Shown here in pieces: positions 1-12,318 of a DNA stretch of 64,000 nucleotides (its first letter is position 1; each line of letters opens with the position of its first letter). A model generated the notes under the pieces. The model saw only the letters and a program-made list of their open reading frames with translations. It did no database searches and had not been told where the DNA came from. Origin of the DNA: Callorhinchus milii (Eukaryota); the NCBI RefSeq assembly GCF_018977255.1, contig NW_024704742.1, forward strand, positions 27,344,001 through 27,408,000. Direction: 5' to 3'. The position numbers and the translations under genes were made by a program.

Positions 1-876
1 TGCAACGGGATATAGATAGGCTGGGGGAGTGGGCGAGTAGGTGGCAGATGGAATTAAATGTGGGGAAGTGTGAAGTTATTCACCTAGGTAGAAAAAATAG
101 AAAAACAGATTATTTTCTAGAGGGGAGAGATTAGATAGTGTTAGTGTTCAGAGGGATTTGGGTGTCCTTGTACACCAGTCTCAAAAAGTTAGTTTGCAGG
201 TGCAGCAAACAACTAAGAAGGCGAACGGCATGTTAGCGTTCATTGCAAAAGGTTTAGAATATAAGAATAGGGAAATCTTGCTGCAACTGTATAGGGCCTT
301 GAGACCGCACCTAGAGTATTGTGTACAGTTTTGGTCTCCTTATTTAAAAAAGGACATACTTGCCCGAGAGGGAGTGCAGCGTAGATTCACTAGGTTAGTT
401 CCTGGGATGAGGGGACTGACCTATGAGGATAGGCTGAATAAACTAGGGCTATATTCTCTAGAGTGCAGAAGAATTAGGGGAGATCTTATTGAAACATGTA
501 AGATTATTAAAGTAGATTAAAGTGGATAAAGTAGACACTGAGGGTCTGTTTCCCCTGTTAGGAGAATCTATAACCAGGGGTCACAGTCTTAAAATTAAGG
601 GTCAGCCTTTTAGAACAGAGTTGAGGAAACATTTCTTCACTCAGAGGGTGGTGAATTTATGGAATTCACTACCCCAGAAGACGGTAGATGCTCAGTCCTT
701 GAACATCTTCAAGGCTGAGATTGATAGATTTTTTAAAAATAGAGTGATTGGGGTATGGGGATAGGGCAGGTAATTAGAGTTAGGTCAGAAGATCAGCCAT
801 GATCTTATCGAATGGCAGGGCAGGCTCGAGGGGCCGAATGGCCTACTCCTGCTCCTAATTCTTATGTTCTTATGTT
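1..876 (+). mobile_element. CR1-clade LINE 3' fragment (RT C-terminus plus 3' UTR), decayed
   Basis: ORFs 158-520 and 522-764 give typical CR1 ORF2 C-terminal motifs (RPHLEYCVQFWSP, VQRRFTR, LGLYSLE.RR.RGDLIE, FFTQRVVNLWNSLP). They are broken by a stop at 518-520. The element ends in a (TTCTTATG)2 tail at about 859-874. Confidence 0.95.
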
Positions 877-1620
877 TCCTGGTGGTGCTAGTCATCCATT
901 CCCCAGATAAAATTGCTCATTCACTTCATGGCTGTTTATGGGTTAAAACAGTGTTCAAATTGGCTATTGCATTCACCTGCAAAAGATGCTTCAGAGTATA
1001 TGCTGTGAAATTTTTTGAGATATCCTCCTGACTTGAAAGGTGCTGTATCAAATGTAAGATTTTTTTAAATGATATTCTTTTTGCTGCGGAGGAGGTTCAA
1101 GGAAACACTTGACAAGAAGCGTTCATGTTGTGTGCACTTGAATATTTTTGCTACCATGTTGCCTTGAGCACATAAACAGATGTACGCTTTTCATTACCAG
1201 GAATAAATTGGATGCTAATGTAGTGCTTTTGCTTATAGAAGCCAAGGTGAAACATTAACTCTTCTTACTAAGGTGCAGAGTGGGTTTCTTGCATTGTGAA
1301 ACATATTTAAGTTTTATTTACTGCTTCTACGATGGCAGAACAAATTTTATATCAACACAGCTACATTAAGTTGGAGAAAGGTTCATTCATCCTTTACAAA
1401 AGCTTGAGAATTTTAATTCTGGTCTTTATGCTCTTTGGAGAGTGTTATTTTAAGATAAAAAGATGCCAACGTGCAATATTTTACTCCCAATGTTCAAGCT
1501 CTTGGACAGTGTGGCATATATTAATGAACATGAATGGGATTCATAACATGGTTTCTTTTTGCAGAGGCTCTGCAGTCATTACAGAATTTTTTTCATTGAT
1601 CTCTTGTATTTACCCAACAG

Positions 1621-1725
1621 GAAGATATGAACCTCAATGAAGCACACAAGGCACCACTGAGAGACAAAGACTTAGCCACTAAACGGGAAATGGTCTTCCA
1701 GTACATCTGCACTGCTTCGAAGTCG
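1621..1725 (+). CDS. DIAPH3: Internal coding exon of a Diaphanous-related formin (GBD region): EDMNLNEAHKAPLRDKDLATKREMVFQYICTASKS
   Basis: Pyrimidine-rich acceptor ending CCCAACAG at 1620, donor TCG|GTAAGT at 1726, 105 nt, phase 0/0, no stops. The peptide matches the DIAPH GBD segment EDMNLNE..KAPLR.KD...K.EMV.QYI. The TASK ending resembles DIAPH3 (TASKT) more than DIAPH2 (ATAKS), from memory. The family call is strong; the paralog call is about 0.65. Confidence 0.88.
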
Positions 1726-2639
1726 GTAAGTGAGGCATGAATTTAAATCCAGCACATGTTAATAAACAAATTGTTTGAACACTGGAAATCTCATTTGTTA
1801 GACAGATTTATCTGCCTCTTCAGGTGGATGTTAAAGATCCCATTCAACTATTCGAGAAGAGAAAGGAACTTCTCCTGGTGCCCTGCCCAACAATCCCCTC
1901 ATTAAAATTGCTTTGTGGCTGTTTGCTAATTGGTTGCCACATTTGTCTATAAAATACCCAGTCACAACTTGTTACAGTCAATCCTGTGAGGCATTTTGAA
2001 TGCCTTCCCAACATGAAAGACACTGTATCAAATGCAAAGATTATTATTCTAAGATTAAGACTTTGGTTCGTGATGCTTTACCTGTGTGGCAACTGCAGTT
2101 CAGTGTGTTAGAGCGATAGGAAATGCAAGAGGGTACAGAACCACTCATTCATCTCTCTTGTGTGCAGCAATTTCGAGCCTTCCTTAGATTGCTTTCACAG
2201 CCCTCTGCTTAGCCTGCCAAAGGGATATGGGGAAAGAGCAGGGAAACGCAATTGAAAGGATTGTTCCTAAGTGCCAGCACAGACATGATGGGGCTGAATC
2301 GCCACCTTCTGTATTGTAAATCTCTGTAGTTCTACGACTTGTGCAGACTCCATTTTCTTCAGCGGATCCTGGTTTGGCTTTTGTGCTGTGAGACGCGTTT
2401 CCTCCTTCTCACGTTGGTCGATCCTTTCATACAACATTTCTGCTTCCACCTCATGTTTCCTCATTGAGTTGAGGTTGTCCTTGCTCAGTATACACGTGCT
2501 CAGTATATTTGTGCAGTAGCTCTGGCTTTTATTTAGCTGAAATCTTTTCTCCTTCCTTCGGCTGGTAATTTGACTCATTTCCCTGTGCCAAATAGAGTTC
2601 TATTTCTTTCTCTGAGTTGAAATGACAGAACGAACATAT

Positions 2640-3665
2640 GCAAAACAACAATAACAACAATAAATTACACTTGTATAATGCCCTTCACGTTGGAAAGTCA
2701 TCTCACGGTGCTGGACAATCAGGGGGTTTAGACTCGAGTTGGGCTCAGAAGGTGAGGAGGGCAGTCGGGGTGGGAGAGTGGTCGAAGGCACAATCAAACT
2801 GTAAGGTCTTCAGATGGGGGTGAGGCGGAGGGTTTGTGGCATAGAGTTCCAGAGTGTGGGGCCAGAGATCCTGAATGCCCGACCACCAATGGTGGGCGGG
2901 AAGTGCGGGCGACCTGAAGCAGGCTGGTTGTCTGCCGAGCAGAGGGAGCGGACAGGCTGATATAGGGTTATGAGGTCGGAGAGGTAGGGAGGAGCAAGAC
3001 CCTGGAGGGGTCTTGAAGGCTTTTGTACTCAATTCTCTGAGGAATGGGGAGCCAGTGAAGTCGGGCAAGAACGTGCCTGATAGGTTCCAGGAGCCTGGTG
3101 TGGGAGAGGACACGAGCTGCAGAGTTTTGAATAATCTGCAGCTTGTGGAGGGAAGAGTTGGGAAGTCCAGTGAGCAGGCAGTTGGCGTAGACAGGCAAGG
3201 CTATAATGAACGTGTGGATCAGGGTGTCGGCTGCCTGCGGAGAGAGGCAGTGGTGGAGGTTGACAATGTTGCGGGGTGTGGAAAAGTGGATTGGGTCACG
3301 GCACAAATGTGGGGTTTGAAGGATAACTGAGGGTCGAAAAGGACACTGAGTTTTCGGATTGACTCGGTGAGGTGAAGAGTGCAGCCATGAATGGTGATAG
3401 TGTCAGGGGCTGAGGTGAGGAGGCGCTGCCGGGAGCCAAGCAGGGCCTCTGTCTTGCCAACATTGAGCTGGAGAATGTTCGCTCTCTTCCAGGATTTAAT
3501 AGAATAATCCTTGCATTTGATTTGATATTAGACAGACAATTTGCCAGGACATCAATGGTCCTGGAGTCAAGGGTGGAGGCGACAAGATAGAGTTGAGTGT
3601 CATCCGCGTACATGTGAAAACTGATCCCAAGCTTGTGGATAACATCGTCGAGCGGTATCATGTAT
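2640..3665 (-). mobile_element. L2-clade LINE 3' fragment (RT C-terminus plus tail), decayed
   Basis: Minus-strand ORFs give FHMYADDTQLY, LQIIQNSAARVL and LARLHWLPIPQRIEYK. An (AAC)n-like tail lies at about 2644-2660. Frameshifted, with a short SINE-tail insertion at about 3497-3522. Confidence 0.92.
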
Positions 3666-3699
3666 AAATTGAAGAGAAATAACATGTATTAACTTCAAG

Positions 3700-3788
3700 T
3701 GTGTCAGCCAAAGCCCGGATGTGGAGCTTGAACCCACAAACTTCTGACTTAGAAGCAAGAGTGCAACCAACTGAGCCAGGCTGATGCA
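3700..3788 (-). mobile_element. 5' tRNA-like head fragment of old Deu-type SINE
   Basis: Reverse complement reads CAGCCTGGCTCAGTTGGTTGCACTCTTGCTTCTAAGTCAGAAG..GGGTTCAAG, matching the heads at 12319, 31698 and 53499. Confidence 0.7.
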
Positions 3789-4789
3789 CAGGAGACACAG
3801 AATGATATGTAGAAGAAGAGGACACAGGTTTAGAGTTGCCAAGGTTGAGGCCAGGATATTGGACTTATTCAAATAACAGTTGGTTGCTGTGATAGCAACA
3901 CAGGAGGGTGGGTGTCTGGGAAGGATGAGATCAAATGGACCAAACGATTTTCTTTATCCAAACTGATCTTGTGAACCCACAGAAAACTGACTTCAAAGTT
4001 AAGACTACATTTAAGAAATTGTGAAATTGCAAACGCTTTGAAATGCTGAGAAAATAGTGTAAGTTTAGACCCAGTTGGAATTTTTCCCTGGCTGTGCCAC
4101 CGTTAAATTCAGCCAATATTTTTTTTACTGCTTTTGCCAATGACATTTTCATTTCTACTTTGAGCTCCATTATTAAGATTTGTTTCTAAAACCTCTCAAA
4201 CATAATGAACTGCAGGACAGCAAAGACTTTTTGAATCTGGCCAGTGCTGTTTGATTAGTGGATAGCAAAATGTAATTACGATTGGCAAAGAGACCTTGAG
4301 CGACACTTCAAATCTCTTTCTGCAGCTCATACCCCAAAGGAAGGATTGTAAAGCATGTGCTCCCAATCAAGCGAATGTCCCATTTTGCAGATAGAGGAGA
4401 CGCTTGTCAAGAGTATTTCCATTACTTTCAGGATGTTATTCGCTGCTATCCATTGCTAACACTGCGCTTATTCTTCTGGGAGAAAATGCAAAGCTCTCGA
4501 CAGTGCTGGTGTTTGGAGTGTGCAGTTATATGCTCACTCTACATTACTTTTTGTTGGGATCAGATAAACCTTGAATGCCCAAAAAGTTTTTTTCTGCTGA
4601 TGTAGTCTGAATTAAGTCAGTTACACAATTGGCTGTTTAATAACATTACAAATGCTCTGCTGTAAGGTTTGGGACACGAGGGCTTTGAATGGACCATGGA
4701 CGCATTGACCTAAGCGTGAATTTCCACCAAACATAGCACCAAACAGCTGTACCATTTGAAGAGCGGACTCACATTTGAAGAGCCGACGT

Positions 4790-5077
4790 GGAGTTCTGTA
4801 GCTCAGTGGTTAGAGCATTCGCCTGGCAAGCGAGACACCTGGGTTCAATTCCAGGCAGGGTGAAACCTTGGGCAAGTTTCCTTACTCCACACGCCTAATA
4901 ATAATCCCTCCAAAAAAACAAAACAATAATAAATTGGTCATTTTCGATCCACGACTGTTTGTGGGACACTGCTGTGTGCAATTGGCTGCTGCTTTTTGCC
5001 CACAAATATACAGTCAATTCACTTTACAGCATATTCTGTGAAGCGCTTTGAGACATCTAGAAGACGTGAAAAGCGCT
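4790..5077 (+). mobile_element. Young tRNA-headed SINE, near full length (subfamily with GAGACATCTAGAAGACGTG tail)
   Basis: A-box TAGCTCAGTGG and B-box GGTTCAATTCC; body nearly identical to the copies at 14023, 28388 and 33085. Confidence 0.92.
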
Positions 5078-7120
5078 TAGCCCCAAAGAGACCTGTAAAA
5101 GTCCAGGATGCTTCTTGTTCATAATGGTTGCAATGAACCTCAGTGAACAAGTGAAAGCATCATCCTCCTCTCGAAATGCAGCCAATTCTTTTAATTGCTC
5201 TGAGATCACTACCCCGTGTGAAGTGTGCTACATAAATGCAAGTTGTTGTTGAATATGAATTCTCTTCTAGAAAAATGCTCAGAGTTCTCTTTAGCTTGAC
5301 CTCTTCAGATTGTTGCAAATACCACTCGTGTTCAATGAGTCACTCATAACCATTTTAGTCATGGTTAATGCCATTTGCTTTAGGAGAGAAATAGAGTTGG
5401 ATGTCTGTGACTCTAGTAATTTGAGAACATTGAAGTACCCTGCAGGTGTGCAAAGATTTCTGTTCACTTTCTGTCACACTTGAATCCCCCAAAAAGGCTG
5501 AGGTTAAGATGTAGCACTCTGCACCACTGTGTGACTGGTTGATTTTACCTTTGTAATGGCTAATTACTTCTGTGCCACCATTTGGTATCTAATAGGTTTC
5601 CCTCTGCACGCGGGTTTTGATATATTCCTGACTATGGAAATTTCCAGCACTCCCTCTAAGCTTTGAGGGAGCCGAAGGGTTGTATCTAGTTATTGCCTCA
5701 AATCTTCTGTTTGTGTTGGAGTCAGAAGTTTCAATATGTTTGTACTGTTGCAGCAGGGCAAAATTGTAGCCTGTAGTTGTTCAGGAACTCATTGCTAATG
5801 CTGTCAATAATTAACACATGTTTTCTCAGCAGACTGTTAAGCCATCCTAATAATTATTGCTATTTCACCAAACTATAAATCTTTGATAACATTGTGCAAC
5901 GTGTATTATTAATTTATTATCAACACTGGTGATAAAACAATAAAAAAAATGTTGCCATAACATTGGTTGGAGCCATTCTAACATTCTCATTTAAATTGTT
6001 AATTTAAAATGGAGAACCATTATCATGTAATGGACATGTACACAGGGGATGGATTAGTGTTTCCATATCCTTTTAGAAGAACGCTACCATTTCAACTGCC
6101 TGTATTTTGCCTAATCACTCTATTTGTTTAAAACAATATGATTAGATTTTACTCCAGCAATTCACTTTGTCAGCTCTGGTGAGAAGAGCAATTTGTTGCA
6201 CTCTGGTGCTAAAAAATAGATTGTAGTTGGCAGTGGCAATTGAAAGTTTGTGTTGCTGTGTCAATATTGAAATGAACCTTTGCAGCACTGCTAAAATCTG
6301 TCTGGTGCCCTGGGAAAAAGTGACTGTAATCACCAGTGAGTGCTGAAGTGGTTTATACCATCCAGGCTGAGAGAAAGTCAAACTGCATAACAGGCAATAA
6401 AGCTCCTTTGCTCATTGAAAGTAGGAATTATTACAAATTGCTGTTGAGTGGTGTGTTTTTATTCCTGCTGCAAATTCTTGGAATGGTTGAAACTCTTTCT
6501 TGAATTGGACGTGCTAAGTGTAGCAATGTTGTTGCTGGCTATTAAAGAGCCTGTGATGACTCGGCTGGCAAATTCATCATCCAATGTGGAGCCAAGTCAG
6601 AACTCTGTTTTGTTCTCTGTTCTGTGGGGTGTGCCCACCTTTACTTTCCACTGATGCTGCTTGAAAGTGCACGTGTGTGTGTGTATATTGTGTGTGCGCG
6701 TGGGCAGGATGGGGCTTGGCTCTGGTGCCCACGCAAGCAAATTGCCTGCTGATATTCAATGTTTGAAGAACAGATTTGGTGAAGTACCATCCAGCACCCA
6801 CAAAGCTGTAAATCAGCATGAATGAATAGCTCAATAGATTAGGGGTGAAAATTGTAGGTAAAAAAGGAAGTCAGTTATTCTTGCTCTTAAATTGGTTATT
6901 CCATTAAAGACTGAGGTGCTGTCAAGCAATACAGTAATACCAATTGCCACATTTATAACTTGTTTCAGAGGTATATTTATCAATGAAAGGGAAGAACAAT
7001 TTCTCTATATTTGGGAATCTAAAAAGTGATGCTTTAAACAATTTGCATTTATACAGCGCGCTTCACGTGAGTCAGTGTCTAGGAGCGCTTTTCAAATCAC
7101 GCTTGTTGTGTTAAATGCTT

Positions 7121-7281
7121 TATTGCAAATATCGAATTGCAAAATTTGCTCGCAGCAAATTCTACAAACATCTCGGGTGGGAATTGGCCTATCTTTTGGT
7201 TGCTGGCCCCTTTTCGGACTTTACCTGCTTGACATTTTGCAATTTGGCAACTATGAATTTTGCAATCCAAGATTTGCAAAG
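7121..7281. repeat. Degenerate inverted repeat, MITE-like hairpin
   Basis: TTGCAAATATCGAATTGCAAAATT (about 7122-7145) is the reverse complement of AATTTTGCAATCCAAGATTTGCAA (about 7256-7279) at 21/24 positions, with weaker pairing further inward. Confidence 0.55.
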
Positions 7282-10200
7282 TGAGGTCTCTATTGAGGCA
7301 GATTTGTAAATATTCTTTTTTAGATCCCTGACGTCTACTGAAACTCAGGAACTTGTGTTCCATGGGATGGTGAGATGTATGTCTTCTGCTGTAATTCTCC
7401 CCCAGGCAAGGCTCCTGATCTCAGATCTCAACATCGGAGTAATGTAGAACAGCAGCCAATTTGAATGAGGGAAAGACTAAAGGGAGAGTCACCCTTGACA
7501 GCTCTCATTGTTTCGTCCACAAAATATACACTTTACAGTACATTCTGTGAAGCACTTTAAGACATTATGAAGATGTGATAAGGCGCTATATCAAATGCAA
7601 GGATTATTATTTTCCTTGTGACTGTTTTCAGAATACCATTGACACAGTTAATGGTAGTAATGTTGTTGTTGTTCTGTGCAAGTAGGGATGAAAACAGCAA
7701 ATGAAAACAGTTGTAACTGGCTATTAAAGAGCCTGTGATGACTGCTGGCAAAGTCACAAGGCACTAAACACAAATAAATGTAAAAATCAAACAATTCTGT
7801 GATTGTTTGCAAAATCATACAATCATAAACAAACGCTGACCCCCTATAATTGTACACTGATTGTAAAATCATACGCAATCACTGACTCTCAGTACTTCAT
7901 TCATGCCTGTGCTGTACCTAGCCAACACTGTTGCCGCTTATTCTAATTCATTTCTTTGTTCTTTCTCTGTAGGCTTTCAAATTAAGTGTCTGACTAGCTC
8001 ACATTTAAATAACAGAGTTGAGTCAGATTCTATTGGGTAATGCATTCCACATCCTGATTAAAAACCTTTATGCAAAATAATTTTCTGCTGACTTTCTTCT
8101 TTTATGCTTCCAGTAATAATCTTGAGTTCATCATCGGAGCAGAAATAGACAATTTGGCGTCAAGTCCATTCTATCGTTTTGTTCTCTAATCTTGCATTTA
8201 AATTACCAAATGCCAAAAGTAATTTGCTTGTTTTTTACCTAAGGACATTAATGTAAGTGCTGAGCAGCAAACCGAGTTATTGGGGCATCTTGATGAAAGA
8301 ACTGTCTTTAAAAAGTAATCAATGGCTTAACTGCAAGCAGCCCATCTTAGTAAATGTCTCAGGAGACGTTTATCATGTGGCAGGGTTTTCCACATTCTGC
8401 TATCCTAGGATTTCACTGCACATCTTCAGGTGTGAACACATTGTTGTCAGTAATTGCTGATGTGCCATTACTCCTGTACAAAAACATCAGAAGCCCTGAA
8501 AAACAGAGTAATCACAAGGTGCAAAACTAATGGAGGAAACCAGGCAATGTAGTTTGTAAACCATGAAAACATAGTTTGTGAGGATTAATAAGGTCACAGA
8601 CTTCCACCCACCCTGCTTTGTTGCATCGTGAGACTGTCTCCTAATCACTTTGTGGGAACTTTGTGTTATTGTTTATAGTTTTGTTTGTGGGAGGATGATT
8701 TTGATCAGTTTCAGTGCCAGCAATGGATGACAGAGCGGATCGAAAGTGTCAGTGTTCTCTGTGCCCATGATGTGTAATAACCTTCACGTGAGAGGATTCA
8801 TGAATGGGAATATTATTGCTGCAAGTTTATTGAGAAAAATCTGCAGTTTACATGGCTTATGCATATTTTTCTATATACATTTTATATATATATACACACA
8901 AACATTTACCAAGTAATTAACTTGATGTGAAAAACGCCTAATTGTACCTGTCTATTACAGTAGCATGAGAAACCCTGTCTTATATTTTAAATTCTGTATG
9001 CTATGTGACTTGATCCTTGATTCTGAACTATGTGAAACCTCATGGAAGTTGCAATAATGCTGTGTAATGTGCACTAGTCATTGTTCATCCTGAGCCTAAC
9101 CAGCTTCCAGTAATAACAGGCATGATAGAGTCCCAAGAAGCTTTGTGAAATTCTCCAGCTATCTTCATGACATTAATTCCAAGCTAACATTGCTCTCTGG
9201 CTGTTTGTGCGAAGTGCAATGTTCCCCTCACTCACTAAGGAGGAAAACGGTGTCAAAACTGAACTGGGGGGGTTAGGAATTGTTCAGGTCACTAATGTTA
9301 AGTCTGTGTTGATGATAAAAATAATAATCCTTACATTTGACATAGCACTTTTCACATCTTCTAGACGTCTCAAAGCGCTTCACAGAATATGCTGTAAAGT
9401 GAATATTGTGGGCGAATGATGTATGTTGTAAACCATAGAATAGGCGGCAATAGGCGGTAAACCGGGATGTATGTTGGCATGAGTGGAATGTTGAGGGATC
9501 GCATTACAATGTGTGTTGCTTCCCCTGATATTGGTTCCTCTGCAAATTTGGAGTAAAATAATGGAAAACAAACCAAGTTACTACTTAAGGCCATTAAGGA
9601 GTCAGTCAGCCAGCTTTACTCAACCGAGCAGACACATTGACAGGGTGTTAGTAACGCCAGGTCAGAGCTGGTGCTTGAAAGCTTATCATCAGTGGACAGA
9701 TGTAAAGCAGCAATACCATGAACAGTGCCTGATGTGAAGTGCTTAGATGAATTTAGTGTCAAACAGGGATGCAGTGGCATTGATGTGAGCTGTAAATAGG
9801 GGCAAAGTAGTGCAAAACAGTTATTTTCCAGGATTGCTTTGGAACTCCCTCCTGCAGCTTCCCCCCCACCCCTTCCCATCTTGTTCAGGTTCCTAGTCAA
9901 TCTCCTTAAAGTGCTTTGAGATGTAATGCAACGTGAAAAGCATTAAATAAGTTCAACTTGTTGAATTTACATTTCCCGCATCAATTCACCCACTTGCATT
10001 CAAACTACCCTTTCTGGTCAATAGTTAAGTTTGAGATTTAATTAGTCGTCTGGTTTCCTGTGAGTTGATTCATTTTTAATACATTATCCTTCGTGGTTCT
10101 GGTGTTTAATTATTTTCAATGTAAAATATTCAAACGTGTCACAAGTCTGAGTGGAAAATGAGTTTAAAATTCTGTCACTCTCAACCTTAATTACAAGTCC

Positions 10201-10414
10201 AATATGCATCCATTGGGAATCTGACCTCTCAGTCTGAAGAATTTGATGTGCTGTAATTTTGGACTGCATCAAATATCTACAGTAATTGCCACTGGTGGAG
10301 ACCATTGGTGCAAACCTAGAACACCGGGCAATACTGCTGCCATCTCATTTTGCTTGTCTTCTCCTGCATGCGTTTCCTGAGGTCATATGATACGCAAAGG
10401 TTAATCGTAAATCA

Positions 10415-11055
10415 TAACAACAACAAATTACATTTGTATTGCCCTGTCACATTGGGAGGAGGTCCTAAAGTGCTGGACAGTCAAGTATGTGCATCCTAGC
10501 TGGGTTCAGGAGTGGTGGAGGGTAGAGAGGGTGGGGGTAGGAGGGTGACCGAAGGTGCGGTCGAAGAGGAGGGTCTTGAGATGGGCCTTGAAGGAGGCAA
10601 GGGAGGAGGCGAGGTGGAGGGATTGTGGAATGGAGTTCCAAAGGGAAGGACAGAAAGGTTGAAGGCCCGACCGATGATGGTGGGGCAAGCTGGAGTCCGT
10701 CGAGCAAAGGGAGCGGACAGGCTGGTATGCGGTTAGCAGATCACATAGGTAGGGAGTAATAATAATAATAATCCTTGCATTTGATATCGAGCTTTTCACG
10801 TCTTCTAGACATCTCAAAGCACTTCACAGAATATGCTGTAAAGTGAATTGACCGTATATTTGTGGGCAAAACATGACAGCCAATTGCACACAGCAGTGTC
10901 CCACAAACCCAGTCGTGGATTGAAAATGACCAATTTGCCATTATTTTGGAGGGATTATTATCTAAGCAAAGCCTTGGAGGGCTTTGAAAGGAAGAATGAG
11001 GAAGATATTGAAATGGATCTTGAAGTGGGGGTTGGAGGCGATAACACATCATTGA
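10415..11055 (-). mobile_element. L2 LINE 3' fragment interrupted by a nested SINE
   Basis: Homologous to 2640-3050 (ORF text LWNSIP..LHLASSLASFKAHLKTLLF); (AAC)n tail at about 10416. L2 homology resumes at about 10965, after the insertion. Confidence 0.85.
10757..10961 (-). mobile_element. 5'-truncated young SINE nested in L2
   Basis: Starts with (TAA)n-TCCTTGCATTTGATA; reverse complement of the 3' two-thirds of the 4790/33085 copies. Confidence 0.9.
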
Positions 11056-11824
11056 GGCATTTAAGCCAGCTCTCTGATCTGCTTAGGCGATCACCTCTTA
11101 TCACCTCTTGGTTGATCTCTAGTCACCTCTATATTTTGGGACATCAGTCTGCTCCACCACAAACCTACTTTCACCGCTCCAGTCCTAACTGCACGGCATG
11201 ATCTGAGAGCTAGGCTTTCCATCTTTGTATGGTCGTGCAGCTTCATTAACATTCCAATCACATATAGAAGCCTAAAAGGGATCTTTAAGGCAGTTTGAAA
11301 TATCATCATTCGCTGTGGCACTGCTGTTAAGTTTAATGACGTTGCATTGCTCTCGCTCTGAGTTTTAGAAAGTCTTTCAATCGTAGAAGACGATAAAATG
11401 GGCTTCATGTCTTTTTTAACTGATCAGAGCAATTCCTGGCGTATGTCCTTTTGGGTTAGAAATAGAACACAAAGTTGACTAATCAGTTTGCTTTCTTCTG
11501 TCTGGGTCTGGACAAATCAATTTACTTTGTCTTCAAACAAACAAGTGTAAAACAGACCAGTCTCAGCAGACTGATGGCCACCAGTGTTAAACTTTTATTT
11601 TCACAGCAGCACTGACCTCACCATTTGAAAACACCAAAGTTGTGAAGAATGATACTCAGAACACTGAGTGAATTTCAGATTTATATTTCTTCATCATTTA
11701 TGTTTCCAGTACTTTGCTTGCATGTTTAGGCAGAAAAACCTTGGAAGTGGATACATGTCTGAAGTTTGAGCAGTCTTTTAAGGTTTGACCACCATTAATA
11801 GAAAACATATGCAATATTTACACA

Positions 11825-12165
11825 TGGATTTACATTAGAATACATAACATTTGGCCCAACTGGTCTATGCCGGTGTTCATGCTCCCCATGAGCCTCCTCC
11901 TGCCCTTCTGTACTAAGCCTTCAAACATAACCTTCTATTCCTTTCTCCCTCATGTACCTATCTAGCTTCTCCTTAAATACATCTATGCTATTTGCCTCAA
12001 CAACACCTTGTGGTAGCACATTCCACATTCCCACTACTCTCTGTGTAAAGACATTTCTTCTAACTTCCATATTTGATCTCTTTGTGACTATTTTATATTG
12101 ATGGCCCCTGATTTTGATCTCCCCCACAAGTGGAAACATCTTCCCTATGTCTACCCTTTCAAGGT
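11825..12165 (-). mobile_element. CR1 LINE 3' fragment
   Basis: ORF 11921-12139 (-) reads MFPLVGE..RGHQYKI..FTQRVVGMWNVLP; highly similar to 48460-48810. Confidence 0.92.
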
Positions 12166-12318
12166 ACTAATTTAGGCTGAGATGTGTAAAATAAGTATTT
12201 GGTATTATCAATGTTTTCATCCACCATTACAAATGTGGAAACGTGTTGGAATATATGAATAATCCTTACATATAAGCACACTGGGATGCCTTTCACATCA
12301 GCAGAACAACTCCGATCA

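Noticed and set aside
6553..6654. C/D-box snoRNA candidates (GTGATGA...CTGA; also 7735-7840)
   Set aside because: There is no terminal stem, the two interiors are unrelated, and I see no rRNA-complementary guide.
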